A stretch of DNA of 64,000 nt from positions 416,001-480,000 of the forward strand of contig CAVRZA010000004.1 of NCBI GenBank assembly GCA_963725665.1. Direction: 5' to 3'. The stretch comes from an uncultured Actinomycetes bacterium. Lineage in GTDB: Bacteria > Actinomycetota > Thermoleophilia > UBA2241. Below are positions 8,619-19,186 of this stretch, piece after piece. The position numbers were made by a program, and so were the translations under genes. The notes below the pieces were generated by a model. It ran no database searches, was not told the origin of the DNA, and saw nothing but the letters and a program-made list of their open reading frames with translations. Position 1 is the first letter of the stretch, and every line of letters begins with the position of its first letter.

Positions 8619-8969
8619 GGGGGCGAATCGGTCTCGACATGGACGGACTCAGGTTGGAGCAGCAAGCCGAGGTCCGGTGGCCTCGTTAAACTGCCGGAAA
8701 CGAACATCTGCCGAGGATAACCTCGCGCTCGCTGCCTAAGTAGGCGGCGATGTCACCCCCGGTAGGCCCACGGCCGGGGACGTGGCATCAGCTAGTGGGC
8801 TAGGAGACCGCCGGTCGCCCCGGCCGGCGGCGACCGAAGCCAAGCGGGGCTGGCGCTGCGGATCCGGCCGACGCGGAGTCGCAGGGCGAGACGAAAAGCG
8901 ACGGCTAAGCTTGTAGAGACTCCGCTCGGGCGTCCGTGGACGCGGGTTCGAATCCCGCCGCCTCCACCA
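8619..8969 (+). ncRNA. ssrA: tmRNA
   Basis: 5' GGGGGCGAA...TCGAC, 3' GGTTCGAATCCCGCCGCCTCCACCA tRNA-like end; tag ORF 8710-8739 AEDNLALAA*; TACACT -10 at 8585. Confidence 0.95.
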
Positions 8970-9216
8970 CCTGCGTTCGTTGCCTGCCGCATTCCTTCCG
9001 CTCCTCCAACGTCGCTAACGGCTATCACCATCCTCGTAGCGGGTACGCAGGCTATGATGACGCTCTCCCTCGAGGGACAGGGAAGGTTCCCTCGCAAGGG
9101 TGACGACGGGCGAAGGCCGCGAGGATACCTTCTTGTGCGGGCCGGACAAGCTCGACCGGATCACAAGTGCGATGCGAGCCGTCCGCGGCAACGAACAGCC
9201 ACTTCAGGAGGCGGAC

Positions 9217-10056
9217 ATGGACGACGCGTTGAACCACGAAGAGCAGCGAGTCGCCCGCGAGAGAGGCGGCGCAAGCCCGGAGACCCTCGGACCTGAGGGC
9301 GATGGCGAGCGCGTCGTGGTGGCGCGCGAGCTCACGCGGCGATACGGCAGCGGCGACGCGGCGGTCGATGCGCTGCGCGGCGCCTCCGTCGATCTCTTGC
9401 GCGGCCAGTTCACGGCCGTCATGGGCCCCTCAGGATCGGGCAAGTCCACCCTCATGCACATCCTCGCCGGCCTCGACGAGGCGACCAGCGGTGAGGTGTG
9501 GATCGATGGGGTGAAGATCACCGGTATGAACGATCGCGAGCTGACGCAGCTGCGGCGCGAGAAGGTCGGCTTCATCTTCCAGCAGTTCAACCTGCTGCCG
9601 ATGCTGACCGGCGAGGAGAACGTGACCCTGCCGCTCGAGATAGCCGGCCGCAAGCCCGACCAGGGGTGGATGGCGCGGCTGATCGACGCCGTCGGTCTCG
9701 CCGATCGCAAGGGCCATCGCCCGGCGGAGATGTCAGGTGGCCAGCAACAGCGCGTGGCCGTCGCGCGGGCCCTCGTCAGCAAGCCCGCCGTGGTGTTCGC
9801 CGACGAGCCGACCGGCAACCTCGACTCGAAGACGAGCGACGAGGTGCTGGCGCTCCTGCGCCAGTCGGCCGACGAGTTCGGGCAGACCATCGTCATGGTG
9901 ACGCACGACCCGCACGCGGCGACCATAGCCGACCGCATCCTCTTCCTCCAGGACGGCGTGATCGTGCTCGACAAGGGCAAGATGGGGCGCGACGAGATCT
10001 ACGACGTGGTGAAATCGCTCGAGTCTGACGGTGGCGGGGGAGGGAGCTCGCGATGA
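9217..10056 (+). CDS. ABC transporter ATP-binding protein (LolD/MacB type)
   Basis: GPSGSGKST, MSGGQQQRVA, ADEPTGNLD, VTHD; AGGAGG before ATG 9217. Confidence 0.93.
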   Translation: MDDALNHEEQRVARERGGASPETLGPEGDGERVVVARELTRRYGSGDAAVDALRGASVDLLRGQFTAVMGPSGSGKSTLMHILAGLDEATSGEVWIDGVKITGMNDRELTQLRREKVGFIFQQFNLLPMLTGEENVTLPLEIAGRKPDQGWMARLIDAVGLADRKGHRPAEMSGGQQQRVAVARALVSKPAVVFADEPTGNLDSKTSDEVLALLRQSADEFGQTIVMVTHDPHAATIADRILFLQDGVIVLDKGKMGRDEIYDVVKSLESDGGGGGSSR

Positions 10057-12605
10057 TCCGCATCGCGCTGCGCAGCCTCTGGTCGCGCAAGCTGCGCACG
10101 GTGCTGACGCTGCTGGCCATCCTGCTCGGCGTGGCCATGATCAGCGGCACCTACGTGCTCACCGACCAGATCAACAAGGGCTTCGACGACATCTTCAAGA
10201 AGTCCGAGCAGGGGGTCGACGTCAACATCACGTATAAGTCGGCCTTCACCGGCGCCAACTACTTCGGACCCACCGGCACCCTGCCCGCGTCGCTGCTCAC
10301 CGTGGTGGAGACCACGCCGGGGGTCGCCCAAGCCGCGGGCCAGGTCGGCGCCTCGGGTGCCGTCGTCATCGACGGCAAGACGGTGACGACCGGGGGCGCG
10401 CCGACGCTCGTCTACTCGGCGACCCCTGATCGCTTCAGCGCGAGCACCTACGTGTCCGGCGGGCCGCCGTCTGAAGGCGGTCACGTCTCGATCAACACGA
10501 AACTGGCGCAGGACAAGAACCTGAAGGTCGGCGACCACATCGGGCTGACCACGGCGCACGGGGTCAAGGACGTCATCATCTCGGGCGTCTTCAACTTCGG
10601 GGACTCGACCTCCATCGGCGGCGCGACGCTGGTGCAAACGACGCTCGCCGACGCCCAGGGATGGTACGACATGGTCGGCCAGCTTTCGAGCATCGCCGTC
10701 GCCGCGCGCAGTGGTGTGACGCCCGAGCAGCTTGCCACGAGGCTGAAAGGCACGCTGCCCGCGTACACCGACGTGAAGACCGGCCAGCAGACTGCGGCCG
10801 AGGCGAGCAAGGCCGTAAGCGACGCGCTCGGCAGCGTCCTGACGCCCGCGCTCCTCGCCTTCGGGGGCGTGGCCATCATCGTCGGCGCCTTCATCATCTT
10901 CAACGCCTTTTCGATCACCGTCGCGCAGCGCACGCGTGAGTTCGCCATGCTCCGCTCCCTGGGGGCCTCTCGCCGGCAGGTCTTGCTGACAGTGCTCGGT
11001 GAGGCCCTCGTCATGGGCGTGGCTGCCTCTGTGGTCGGCCTCCTGGCCGGGCTTGGCGTGGCGAAGGGCATCAACGCGCTGTTCAAAGCAGTCGGAGCGG
11101 ACATACCGACCGCCGGCCTGACGCTCGAGCCGCGGACCATCGTCGTCGCCCTGGGCGTCGGCATCGGCGTCGCGGTCCTCGCCGCCATGGCCCCGGCTCT
11201 GCGGGCGACCCGCGTCCCCCCCGTCGCCGCTTTGCAGGAGGGGGCCTCGCTGCCGGAGTCGTTCATCAGCCGCCACAGCACGATCATCGCCGTGGTGTTC
11301 GTCGCGCTCGGCGTGCTGGCACTCACCAGGGGCCTGTTCGCCAGCGACCCGACCAGCCTGCGCCTGCTGTTCCTCGGCGGGGGTGTCATTCTCATCTTCA
11401 TCGCCGTCGCCGTGATGTCGAAGTACTTGGTGCGCCCGGTGGCCGGTGTGGTGGGATGGCCGCTCTCGAAGGTGGCGCGCACCAGCGGCGTCCTGGCGCG
11501 CGAGAACACCACGCGCAACCCCGCGCGCACGGCCGCCACCGCAGCGGCCCTCATGATCGGGCTCGCCGTGGTGGTGTTCGTGGCGGTGTTCGCCCAGGGC
11601 CTGAAGACCTCGTTCGTCGACGCGCTCGATCGATCGCTGCAGGCGTCTTTCGTGATCAGCGGGCAGAACGGCACCCCTATGCCGGCCAAGACCCTCGGCG
11701 CGGTGACGGCCGTGCCGAGCGTCCAGGACGCGGCCAGCCTGTCCTCCACCACCGTCCAGGTGAACAACGACGGCAGGGCGAGCATGGACGCCGTCGAGCC
11801 CGGGTCGTTCGCGCCGATGTGGCGCTTCAAGTGGCTCAGGGGAGGCTCCGACGCGCTGGTGGGGAAGCTCGGCGGCGACGCTGCCCTCGTCGAAGAGCAG
11901 TTCGCGCTCAGGTACAAGCTCAAGCCGGGCTCCTCGTTTACGGCAATGACCTCTACCGGCGAGAAGGCGACCCTCAAGGTCATCGGTGAGTATCGCGACC
12001 CCGTCCTGATGACGGGCTTCACGGTGGCGAAGACGACCTTTGACAGCTTGGCCCCGGAGACGCAGCGGGATCCGATCTTCATCATCGCCAAGACCTCCGG
12101 TGACACTGCGCAGGCGAAGGCGCAGCTCGAGACGGCGCTCAAGACGTTCCCCACGGCCGAGGTCCGGACGAAGTCCGAGTACAACGACTACGTCAAGAAG
12201 AGCGTGAACCAGATCCTTCTGCTTCTCTACGCGCTGCTCGCCGTGAGCGTCATCATCTCGCTCTTCGGGATCGTCAACACCCTGGTACTCTCCGTCTACG
12301 AGCGCACGCGCGAGATCGGCATGTTGCGCGCCATCGGCACGACGCGCAGGCAGATGCGCCGCATCGTGCGCTACGAGAGCGTGATCACCTCGATCATCGG
12401 CGGCGTGCTGGGGACCATCCTGGGCGTGATCTTCGCCTACGTGGTGTCGACCCGCCTTGCGGCGCAGGGCATCACCTTCTCGGTCCCCTGGCTGCAGCTC
12501 GTGGCGTTCCTCATCATCGCGGCCCTCGTGGGCGTGCTGGCCGCCGTGCTGCCGGCGCGGCGAGCCGCCAACCTCAACATCCTCGAGGCCATCCACTACG
12601 AGTGA
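10053..12605 (+). CDS. ABC transporter permease (duplicated MacB/FtsX domains)
   Basis: Two FtsX-type motifs QRTREFAMLRSLGA and ERTREIGMLRAIG; multiple TM segments; ATGA overlap with the ATPase gene. Confidence 0.92.
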   Translation: MIRIALRSLWSRKLRTVLTLLAILLGVAMISGTYVLTDQINKGFDDIFKKSEQGVDVNITYKSAFTGANYFGPTGTLPASLLTVVETTPGVAQAAGQVGASGAVVIDGKTVTTGGAPTLVYSATPDRFSASTYVSGGPPSEGGHVSINTKLAQDKNLKVGDHIGLTTAHGVKDVIISGVFNFGDSTSIGGATLVQTTLADAQGWYDMVGQLSSIAVAARSGVTPEQLATRLKGTLPAYTDVKTGQQTAAEASKAVSDALGSVLTPALLAFGGVAIIVGAFIIFNAFSITVAQRTREFAMLRSLGASRRQVLLTVLGEALVMGVAASVVGLLAGLGVAKGINALFKAVGADIPTAGLTLEPRTIVVALGVGIGVAVLAAMAPALRATRVPPVAALQEGASLPESFISRHSTIIAVVFVALGVLALTRGLFASDPTSLRLLFLGGGVILIFIAVAVMSKYLVRPVAGVVGWPLSKVARTSGVLARENTTRNPARTAATAAALMIGLAVVVFVAVFAQGLKTSFVDALDRSLQASFVISGQNGTPMPAKTLGAVTAVPSVQDAASLSSTTVQVNNDGRASMDAVEPGSFAPMWRFKWLRGGSDALVGKLGGDAALVEEQFALRYKLKPGSSFTAMTSTGEKATLKVIGEYRDPVLMTGFTVAKTTFDSLAPETQRDPIFIIAKTSGDTAQAKAQLETALKTFPTAEVRTKSEYNDYVKKSVNQILLLLYALLAVSVIISLFGIVNTLVLSVYERTREIGMLRAIGTTRRQMRRIVRYESVITSIIGGVLGTILGVIFAYVVSTRLAAQGITFSVPWLQLVAFLIIAALVGVLAAVLPARRAANLNILEAIHYE

Positions 12606-12636
12606 TCCCGCCGCGCCGGACGCGGGGGTGCGGCGG

Positions 12637-12667
12637 GCGGCGGGCTCGCGGTACGCGAGCCCGCCGC
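12637..12667. terminator. Hairpin between convergent permease and lepB
   Basis: GCGGCGGGCTCGCG-GTA-CGCGAGCCCGCCGC, perfect 14-bp stem. Confidence 0.65.
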
Positions 12668-12668
12668 T

Positions 12669-13298
12669 TCAGAGGACTCGGACGCGGCCGAGGGGCCAGT
12701 AGATGAAGAAGGCCCGGCCGATGATGTTGGCGCGCGGCACGGTGCCCCAGTAGCGGCTGTCGTTGCTCTCCGTGCGGTTGTCGCCCATGACGAAGTAGTG
12801 GCCCGGCGGCACGGTGTAGGGGGTGGCCAGTGACCAGGCCTCGACTCCGTCTCCCTCGAACGCGGGGAGGGTCTGCTCCGCGGCTCCCCGCACGCGTCTC
12901 ACGTAGCCCTCGGGCAGCGATCTGCCGTTCACGAAGAGCCGGCCGTTACGCAACGACAGGCGATCGCCGGGCAGGCCGACGACGCGCTTGATGAGCGGGG
13001 TCCCGTTCTCGTGCCCCGGCCAGCGGAAGACGATGATGTCGCCGCGGTGCACGGTGCGGTAGTGATAGACGAGGCGGTCGACGAGCACGCGCTGCCCGGG
13101 CATCAGGGTGTTGGCCATCGAGACCGACGGGATCAGGTAAGGCTTGACGATAAAGGCCTGGATGGCGAGGGCGAGCGTGACGGCGACGAGCGCCGTCAGC
13201 GCGTAGTCGAGCAGTGTGCGGCTGCGACTCTTCTCTCGCGCACTATCGCCCGCCCGCTTGTCGCTTTCGTGCTGTGGTGTGTCGAAATCGCCGGTCAT
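12669..13298 (-). CDS. lepB: Signal peptidase I
   Basis: IPSVSM (Ser), LIKRVVGLPGD (Lys), MGDNRTESNDSRYWG. Confidence 0.95.
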   Translation of the reverse strand: MTGDFDTPQHESDKRAGDSAREKSRSRTLLDYALTALVAVTLALAIQAFIVKPYLIPSVSMANTLMPGQRVLVDRLVYHYRTVHRGDIIVFRWPGHENGTPLIKRVVGLPGDRLSLRNGRLFVNGRSLPEGYVRRVRGAAEQTLPAFEGDGVEAWSLATPYTVPPGHYFVMGDNRTESNDSRYWGTVPRANIIGRAFFIYWPLGRVRVL

Positions 13299-13571
13299 CG
13301 CAGGATGTACCTACGGTAGCAGACGTTCGAGAGCAGAGAAAGTTCGCCGGCGACGGGGGGCGGGGCGGGGAGGGTCGCCCCGCCCCCGTCGCCTCTCGGG
13401 GAGGCTCGCGGGCGGGGAGCGCCGGGGCAACGCTCCCCGCTCGCGAGCCTCCCGCGTCTTGTGCCCGTGCCACATGAAGGCAGGATGAAGGACGAGGGTG
13501 GCAGGCCTGCGAGCTGATGGAGGACCCAGCCGAGGTCGCGGGTGGCGGCCGGAGCGGGCGCTCCGGGGTGA

Positions 13572-14553
13572 CTACGTCGCCGGGACGCCCGCGGCCGACG
13601 CGAGCGGCAGCGAGAGGCGGATGGTCGTCCCCTCGCCCAGCGTGCTCGAGGCCGTCACGGAACCGCGATGGCGTTCCACCGTCCAGCGCGTGATGGCGAG
13701 GCCGAGGCCGCTGCCCCCGCCGCCCCGCGAGCGTGCTTCGTCGCCGCGGTAGAAGCGGTCGAAGATATGCGGCAGCGCGGCCGGCGCGATGCCTTCGCCT
13801 TCGTCGCGGATCTCGATCACCGCACGTCCATCGGCGACCAGAGCCGCGAGCGCGACCTCGTCGCCCGCGTGCGAGTGCTCGATGGCGTTGCGCACGACGT
13901 TGAGCAGAGCGCGTTCGAGGTGCGCGATGTCGCCGTCGACGGTGAGGGGGCCTGCGGCCCTCACCGTGAGCGCGACGTCGCGCTTCTGCGCGAGCGGCCG
14001 CAGCTTCTCGCCGCAACGCCGAGCGAGCACCGCGAGGTCGAGGGGGGTGAAGTGCAGCTCCTCCTGCCGGGCGTCGATGCGCGACACTGTGAGCAGGTCC
14101 TGCACGATGTCGCTCATGCGGTCGACCTCCTCGAGGCCGCTCTCGAGAGCGCGTCCGGCGTCGCTCTGCTGCGGCTCGTGACGCAGCGCGACCTCGAACT
14201 CGGTCTTCATGATGGCCAGCGGGGTGCGCAGCTCGTGCGAGGCGTCGGCGACGAAGCGCTTCTGGGCGGCGAAGTTCTCGCGGATGGGCCGCAGGGTGCG
14301 CCGCGCGTACCAGAAGCCGAGACCACCGATGGCGACCACGATGAGCGCCGTCGATGGCCAGGATCTGCCAGCGCAGCCGCGCGCTCGTGCGCGTGACGAG
14401 CTCCTCTTCGCCGGCCTGGGAGAGATGCCCGCGAGTCACGTCGTGCAGGGCGGTCGTGAAGACGGCGTACGTGGTGATGCCGGAGACGACCAGCAGCACG
14501 ATGACGATCGCCGCGAAGAGCAGGAACAGCCGCGTCGATGCGCGCGAGAACAT
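13572..14553 (-). CDS. Sensor histidine kinase (frameshift near 14345)
   Basis: N-terminal TM part MFSRASTRLFLL... in one frame; FVADASHELRTPL, NVVRNAIEH, DEGEGI, GSGLGL in the next frame. Confidence 0.85.
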
Positions 14554-14666
14554 GTCGCGGCCGCGGCGGGTGTCGTCGGCAGGGCGGGCCTGCCTTCGGC
14601 TGGGGCGAGTCGCGCTCCCGCTGTCGTCACGCGCCGCGGGTCGTTCCCCGCCCTCGATCCCGGGGC

Positions 14667-15350
14667 TCACGAGGGTGGCCGGCGTACGGCGTAGCCGATA
14701 CCGCGCACCGTCTCGATGAGGCTGGGCTCGCCCTCGCGGTCGATCTTGCGCCGCAGGTTGCGCACGTGCACGTCGACGACGTTGCTGAAGGAGTCGAAGC
14801 CCTCGTCCCACACGTGGTCGAGGATCGTGTCGCGGCTGAGCACCTGGTCGGGGTGACGCATGAGCAGCTCCAGGAGCGAGAACTCGCGCGTCGTGAGCTC
14901 GACCTCCCTGTCGCCACGGCGCACCTTGCGAGCGGCCGGATCGAGCGCCACGTCGCCGACGGCGAGCTCGGTCGGCAACGTCTGCGCGGGGCGACGCAAG
15001 AGGGTGCGGATGCGCGCCAGGAGCTCTTCGAACGCGAACGGTTTGACCAGATAGTCGTCGGCTCCGCTGTCGAGGCCGGTCACCTTGTCGCTGGTCGTGT
15101 CCTTGGCCGTCAGCAGGAGGATCGGCGTCGTCACGCCGCGGCCGCGCACCTCGCGGCAGAGGGTGAAGCCGTCGAGTCCGGGCAGCATGACGTCGAGCAC
15201 GACGAGGTCGTACGCCTCCTCGCGCGCGATGATGCGCCGACGCGCCGTCAGGCCGTCGAACACGACGTCGACGGCGTAGCCCTCCGCCTCGAGCCCCCGC
15301 TCGAGCGAGCGGGCGAGCTTCTCGGCATCCTCGACCACCAGTATCCTCAT
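14667..15350 (-). CDS. OmpR-family response regulator
   Basis: ILVVED, LDVMLPGLDG, GADDYLVKPF, ETVRGIGY. Confidence 0.95.
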   Translation of the reverse strand: MRILVVEDAEKLARSLERGLEAEGYAVDVVFDGLTARRRIIAREEAYDLVVLDVMLPGLDGFTLCREVRGRGVTTPILLLTAKDTTSDKVTGLDSGADDYLVKPFAFEELLARIRTLLRRPAQTLPTELAVGDVALDPAARKVRRGDREVELTTREFSLLELLMRHPDQVLSRDTILDHVWDEGFDSFSNVVDVHVRNLRRKIDREGEPSLIETVRGIGYAVRRPPS

Positions 15351-15722
15351 AGTGCCCGTTATACCCCCGTTCGCGAAGCTGCGGCTGCGGGCGGGCGCGG
15401 CGAGCCCCTACGTGCGCCGGCCGCGCCCGCCCGCAGCCTTACGACGCTCCCGTCAGGTAGCGCTCGATCGCCGGTCCGACGCGGGTGGCCACGGTCTCGA
15501 CCGGCGCCGAGGCGAGGGGCTCGACGCGGGTCACGTAGCGCAGCAGCGCGAGCCCGACCAGCTGCGAGCCGACGAGCGTGGCGCGCAGCGGTCCGTCGGG
15601 CGTGTCGAGCAGACGCGCGGCTGGTTCGAGCGCCTCGCGTAGCGTGGCGGGCGCGGGCTACCGTATGATGCGCGGGCCGGCGCCCGCGATCGAACGGCAG
15701 CCCGCGCCCGCCCGACCCGGAG

Positions 15723-16442
15723 GTGCCCGTACGCGTGGATGAACGTCTGCACACGGTCATGGACGAGCTGGCCACCATGGGCAGCCCCGAGAACCGCGCC
15801 GGCATGGCCCGCTACGGCATCAACGTCTCGCAAGCCTTCGGCGTCTCCGTCGTCGAGCTGCGCACCGTCGCCAAGCGGCTCGGCACCGACCACGAGCTCG
15901 CGCTGGGTCTCTGGGAGACCGGCAACCACGAGGCGCGCATCCTTGCCGCCATGGTCGACGACCCGGCGCAGGTGAGCGGCGAGCAGCTCGAGGCGTGGGT
16001 GTCGGCCTTCGACTCCTGGGACCTCTGCGACCAGGTGTGTTCGAACCTCTTCGACCGCACCTCCGCGGCGTACGCGAAGGCCGCCGAGTGGTCCGGCCGC
16101 GACGAGGAGTTCGTCAAGCGCGCCGGCTTCGCCCTCATGGCGACGCTGTCGGTGCACGACAAGGCGGCCGACGAGGCGGCTTTCCTCGCCTTCCTGCCGC
16201 TGGTCGAGCGCGAGGCCGGCGATGAACGCCCCTACGTGAAGAAGGCGGTCAATTGGGCCCTGCGCCAGATCGGTAAGCGCGACCGCGCCCTCAACCGGGC
16301 GGCCATCGCGACGGCCGAGCGCATCAGGGCCCAGGGCTCGCGCAGCGCGCGCTGGATCGCCGGCGACGCGCTGCGCGAGCTACTCTCCGACAAGGTCCAG
16401 CGGCGCCTTGTGAGCGGCCGCGGCCGACAGCCCCGCTTCTAG
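15723..16442 (+). CDS. DNA alkylation repair protein (AlkD-like)
   Basis: FDSWDLCDQ, EEFVKRAGF, DERPYVKKAVNWALRQIGK; start may be 15736. Confidence 0.85.
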   Translation: MPVRVDERLHTVMDELATMGSPENRAGMARYGINVSQAFGVSVVELRTVAKRLGTDHELALGLWETGNHEARILAAMVDDPAQVSGEQLEAWVSAFDSWDLCDQVCSNLFDRTSAAYAKAAEWSGRDEEFVKRAGFALMATLSVHDKAADEAAFLAFLPLVEREAGDERPYVKKAVNWALRQIGKRDRALNRAAIATAERIRAQGSRSARWIAGDALRELLSDKVQRRLVSGRGRQPRF

Positions 16443-16585
16443 GGCCGCTCAGCGCGCCTTGGGGCCCATTGTGGACCCACCACCGGCGGCGTTAAGCTTG
16501 CCCTACGGCGACACGCCGTAGCGGCCGCTCGTGCGAGCGGTCTGGGCAGGGCGGCGGCGTCACGTGATGTCGCGGGGGGCGTGAG

Positions 16586-19186
16586 TTGGCCGTATCAGTT
16601 CCGAACACCACCTTTGGCGAACGCCGGTTCCCATGGCTCGTCCGTCGCGTCGCGTGGCTACGTGCCCATCGCCGTGCGGTGCTCGTGTCGGCCTTCTCCC
16701 TCGTGGCTGCGGTCTTCGTGCTCGATGTCGCGCTGCCTGGCTATCCCCTCGCCGGCTTCTATCTCGTGCCGCTGACTCTGGTCGCCTTCGTGTTCCGCGA
16801 GCGCTTCGCGGCCCTACTGGCCATGCTGTGCCTGGTCCTGACCGTGAGCGTCATGCTGGAACAGCAGCGGACCGGCGGGGTGGAGCTCATGCTCGTCTTG
16901 TTCGGCTGTCTCGCGGCCATCGGCCTCATCTCGTTCGCGCGTCTTCAGCATCAGGTCGAGCGCGTGTCTCGACGCGCGGTAGTGCGCGCGGAACTCGCCG
17001 AGGCGACTGCCGGCATCATCGAACTGTCCAACAGCCGCGCCGACCTCGACGAGGTGGTCCAGTACACGGTGGAGCGGGTCGGCGCACAGGTCGGCGCTGA
17101 CGCCGGCATCCTGCTGCTCCTGCGCGAGGGGGAGTGGGTGGGGATCGCCGGGTACGGCTGGGACGCCGGCGCCCGCGACACGCGGGCGCCGTACGAGGGC
17201 TTCGCACTCGGCATCGAGGCGCTCGAGAGCGACGAGCCGCTGCTCGTGGTGGACGCGGGCCGGGACGAGCGCATCCGCGGCGACGTCGTCGCCGGGCACC
17301 GTCCGGGCAGGCTGCTCGTCGTGCCGCTGCGTGCCTTCGGTCAGGACCTGGGCGTCATCGTCTTGGACCGCCCCGCGGGTGCCGAGCCCCTGACGTCGGA
17401 GCAGCTGCGCTTCGTCTCCGCGGTGGCCGGCCACGCCGCCGTCGCCATTGACAACGCTCGCTTGTTGAACGAGCTCGAGGCCAAACGTCACGGGCTCTCG
17501 CTCGTCGTCGAATCGAGCCTGAGCTTCGCGTCGAGCCTTGACCTCGGCGACGTGCTGCAGACCGTGGTCTTGCGTCTCGTCGAAGTGCTCCAGGTCGACG
17601 AGTGCAACATCTACGTGCTCGAGGATGCAGGCGAGACCATCCGCCGGGTCGCCTCCTACGGTTCCTCCACCCGGAACAGCATCGGGATGAAGTTCGTCCT
17701 GGCGGACTACAACGTGACCAGCGAGGTGGTGGCCAAGGGTCAGGTCATCGTCGCCGGCCTCTCCGACCCACGTGTGAACCCCAAGGAGCGCGGCCTGATG
17801 GTCGCCGACGGCCATCGCTCGCAGGTGACGGTGCCGCTGAAGGTGAGGGACAAGGTCATCGGCATCGTCGAGCTCTACGACAAGCGCGAGTCGCGCTTCT
17901 TCACGGAGGAGGACGCCGACCTCGCCTCTGCAATCGCCCAGTTCGCGGCCCTCGCCATCGACAACGCACGCCTGTTCGGCGCCGAGCACCGGACGACGCG
18001 CCGTCTGCAGCTACTCACCACGCAGCTGCGCGCCCTGGAGGAGGTCGCCTTAGCCGTGAACCAGCTCGTCGATCCGCAGGCGATACTGGACGAGGTGATC
18101 GCCAGAGGGTCGGAGCTGCTCGATGCTCCCCACGGCGCCGTCGTGAGCCGCGACGGGCAGGCGGTGAGGCTGCAGGCGTCCGTCGGCGAGCCGGTGGTCG
18201 GCGGCGCCCGCGAGGAACCCCTGCGTGAGGACCCGTGGCTTGCGCGGCTGCCCGTGTTGCTTGACGGAGCGCTCCCTGTGCGGCCGGCGCGCGCCTCGCT
18301 GCCCGCCGACGGTCGGCTGCTCGTCGTGCCGCTGGCCCCCGGGCGTCTTGGTCCCAGCGGCTCCTTGGTGTTCGCACGCGACGGGAGTCAGTCGGGTTTC
18401 AACACGGAGGATACGGCCCTGGCGACCACGCTGGGAGCTCACCTGAGCGCCGGCCTCGAGCGGGCGATCGCCTACCAGCGCGACCACGAGTTCGCGGGTA
18501 CCTTCCTCGACGCGCTTCTCGTCACGCCGCCGGTCATGCCGGGGCTCGACGCAGCCGTCAGGTGCAAGTGGGCCAGCGACCTGCACCACGGGGGCGACTT
18601 CTACGACTTCGTGAAGCTCCGGGAGGGCCAGCTGATGGTCGTCATCGGCGACCTCTGCGGCAAGGGCTATCACCAGCAGGCAGTCATCGCCAAACTGCGT
18701 TACATGTTGCGCGCCTACGCCGCCGAGGGGTCACCGGGGGAGAGCCTCTCGCGTCTCAACGCGGCGCTGCTCGCCCAGGAGGTGGAGACGCCGCTGACGA
18801 CCCTCGTCGTGGGGTTTCTCGACATCCCCACGCGCCTCTTCGAGTTCGCTGTGGCCGGCCATCCACGGCCGCTCATCCTTGGCGGGCGCGACGAGGTGCC
18901 GTGCAGCAAGTCGGGAAGCTATCCGGTCGGCATCTTCCCGACCGTGTACGAAACGAACCGGGTGATCCTGCCTTCAGAGGCCACGGTCGTCCTCTACACG
19001 GACGGGTTCACCGAGGCCCGCGGCGACAAGGGCTTCTTCGGTGAGCGACGGCTTCTCAACGCCGTGCGGTCGTCGCTCGACAAGCCGGCGAGGGTCATCA
19101 CCATGGACCTCATCGAGCGCGTGCGGCGTCACGCGCGGGGCGACCTGCACGACGACGTCGCGGTCCTCGTCCTCAAGCTGCGTTAG
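16586..19186 (+). CDS. Membrane-anchored multi-GAF SpoIIE/PP2C phosphatase
   Basis: N-terminal TMs, repeated GAF ends (AIDNARL twice), GGDFYD, IGDLCGKG, AGHP, LYTDG, DDVAVL. Confidence 0.9.
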   Translation: MAVSVPNTTFGERRFPWLVRRVAWLRAHRRAVLVSAFSLVAAVFVLDVALPGYPLAGFYLVPLTLVAFVFRERFAALLAMLCLVLTVSVMLEQQRTGGVELMLVLFGCLAAIGLISFARLQHQVERVSRRAVVRAELAEATAGIIELSNSRADLDEVVQYTVERVGAQVGADAGILLLLREGEWVGIAGYGWDAGARDTRAPYEGFALGIEALESDEPLLVVDAGRDERIRGDVVAGHRPGRLLVVPLRAFGQDLGVIVLDRPAGAEPLTSEQLRFVSAVAGHAAVAIDNARLLNELEAKRHGLSLVVESSLSFASSLDLGDVLQTVVLRLVEVLQVDECNIYVLEDAGETIRRVASYGSSTRNSIGMKFVLADYNVTSEVVAKGQVIVAGLSDPRVNPKERGLMVADGHRSQVTVPLKVRDKVIGIVELYDKRESRFFTEEDADLASAIAQFAALAIDNARLFGAEHRTTRRLQLLTTQLRALEEVALAVNQLVDPQAILDEVIARGSELLDAPHGAVVSRDGQAVRLQASVGEPVVGGAREEPLREDPWLARLPVLLDGALPVRPARASLPADGRLLVVPLAPGRLGPSGSLVFARDGSQSGFNTEDTALATTLGAHLSAGLERAIAYQRDHEFAGTFLDALLVTPPVMPGLDAAVRCKWASDLHHGGDFYDFVKLREGQLMVVIGDLCGKGYHQQAVIAKLRYMLRAYAAEGSPGESLSRLNAALLAQEVETPLTTLVVGFLDIPTRLFEFAVAGHPRPLILGGRDEVPCSKSGSYPVGIFPTVYETNRVILPSEATVVLYTDGFTEARGDKGFFGERRLLNAVRSSLDKPARVITMDLIERVRRHARGDLHDDVAVLVLKLR

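Noticed and set aside
8969-9216. Integrated element at the tmRNA 3' end
   Set aside because: No integrase, and no duplicated ssrA 3' sequence noticed in the window
13345-13452. Structured ncRNA or riboswitch upstream of lepB
   Set aside because: Two GC-rich hairpins are present but no recognisable family motif; most simply terminators after the kinase gene
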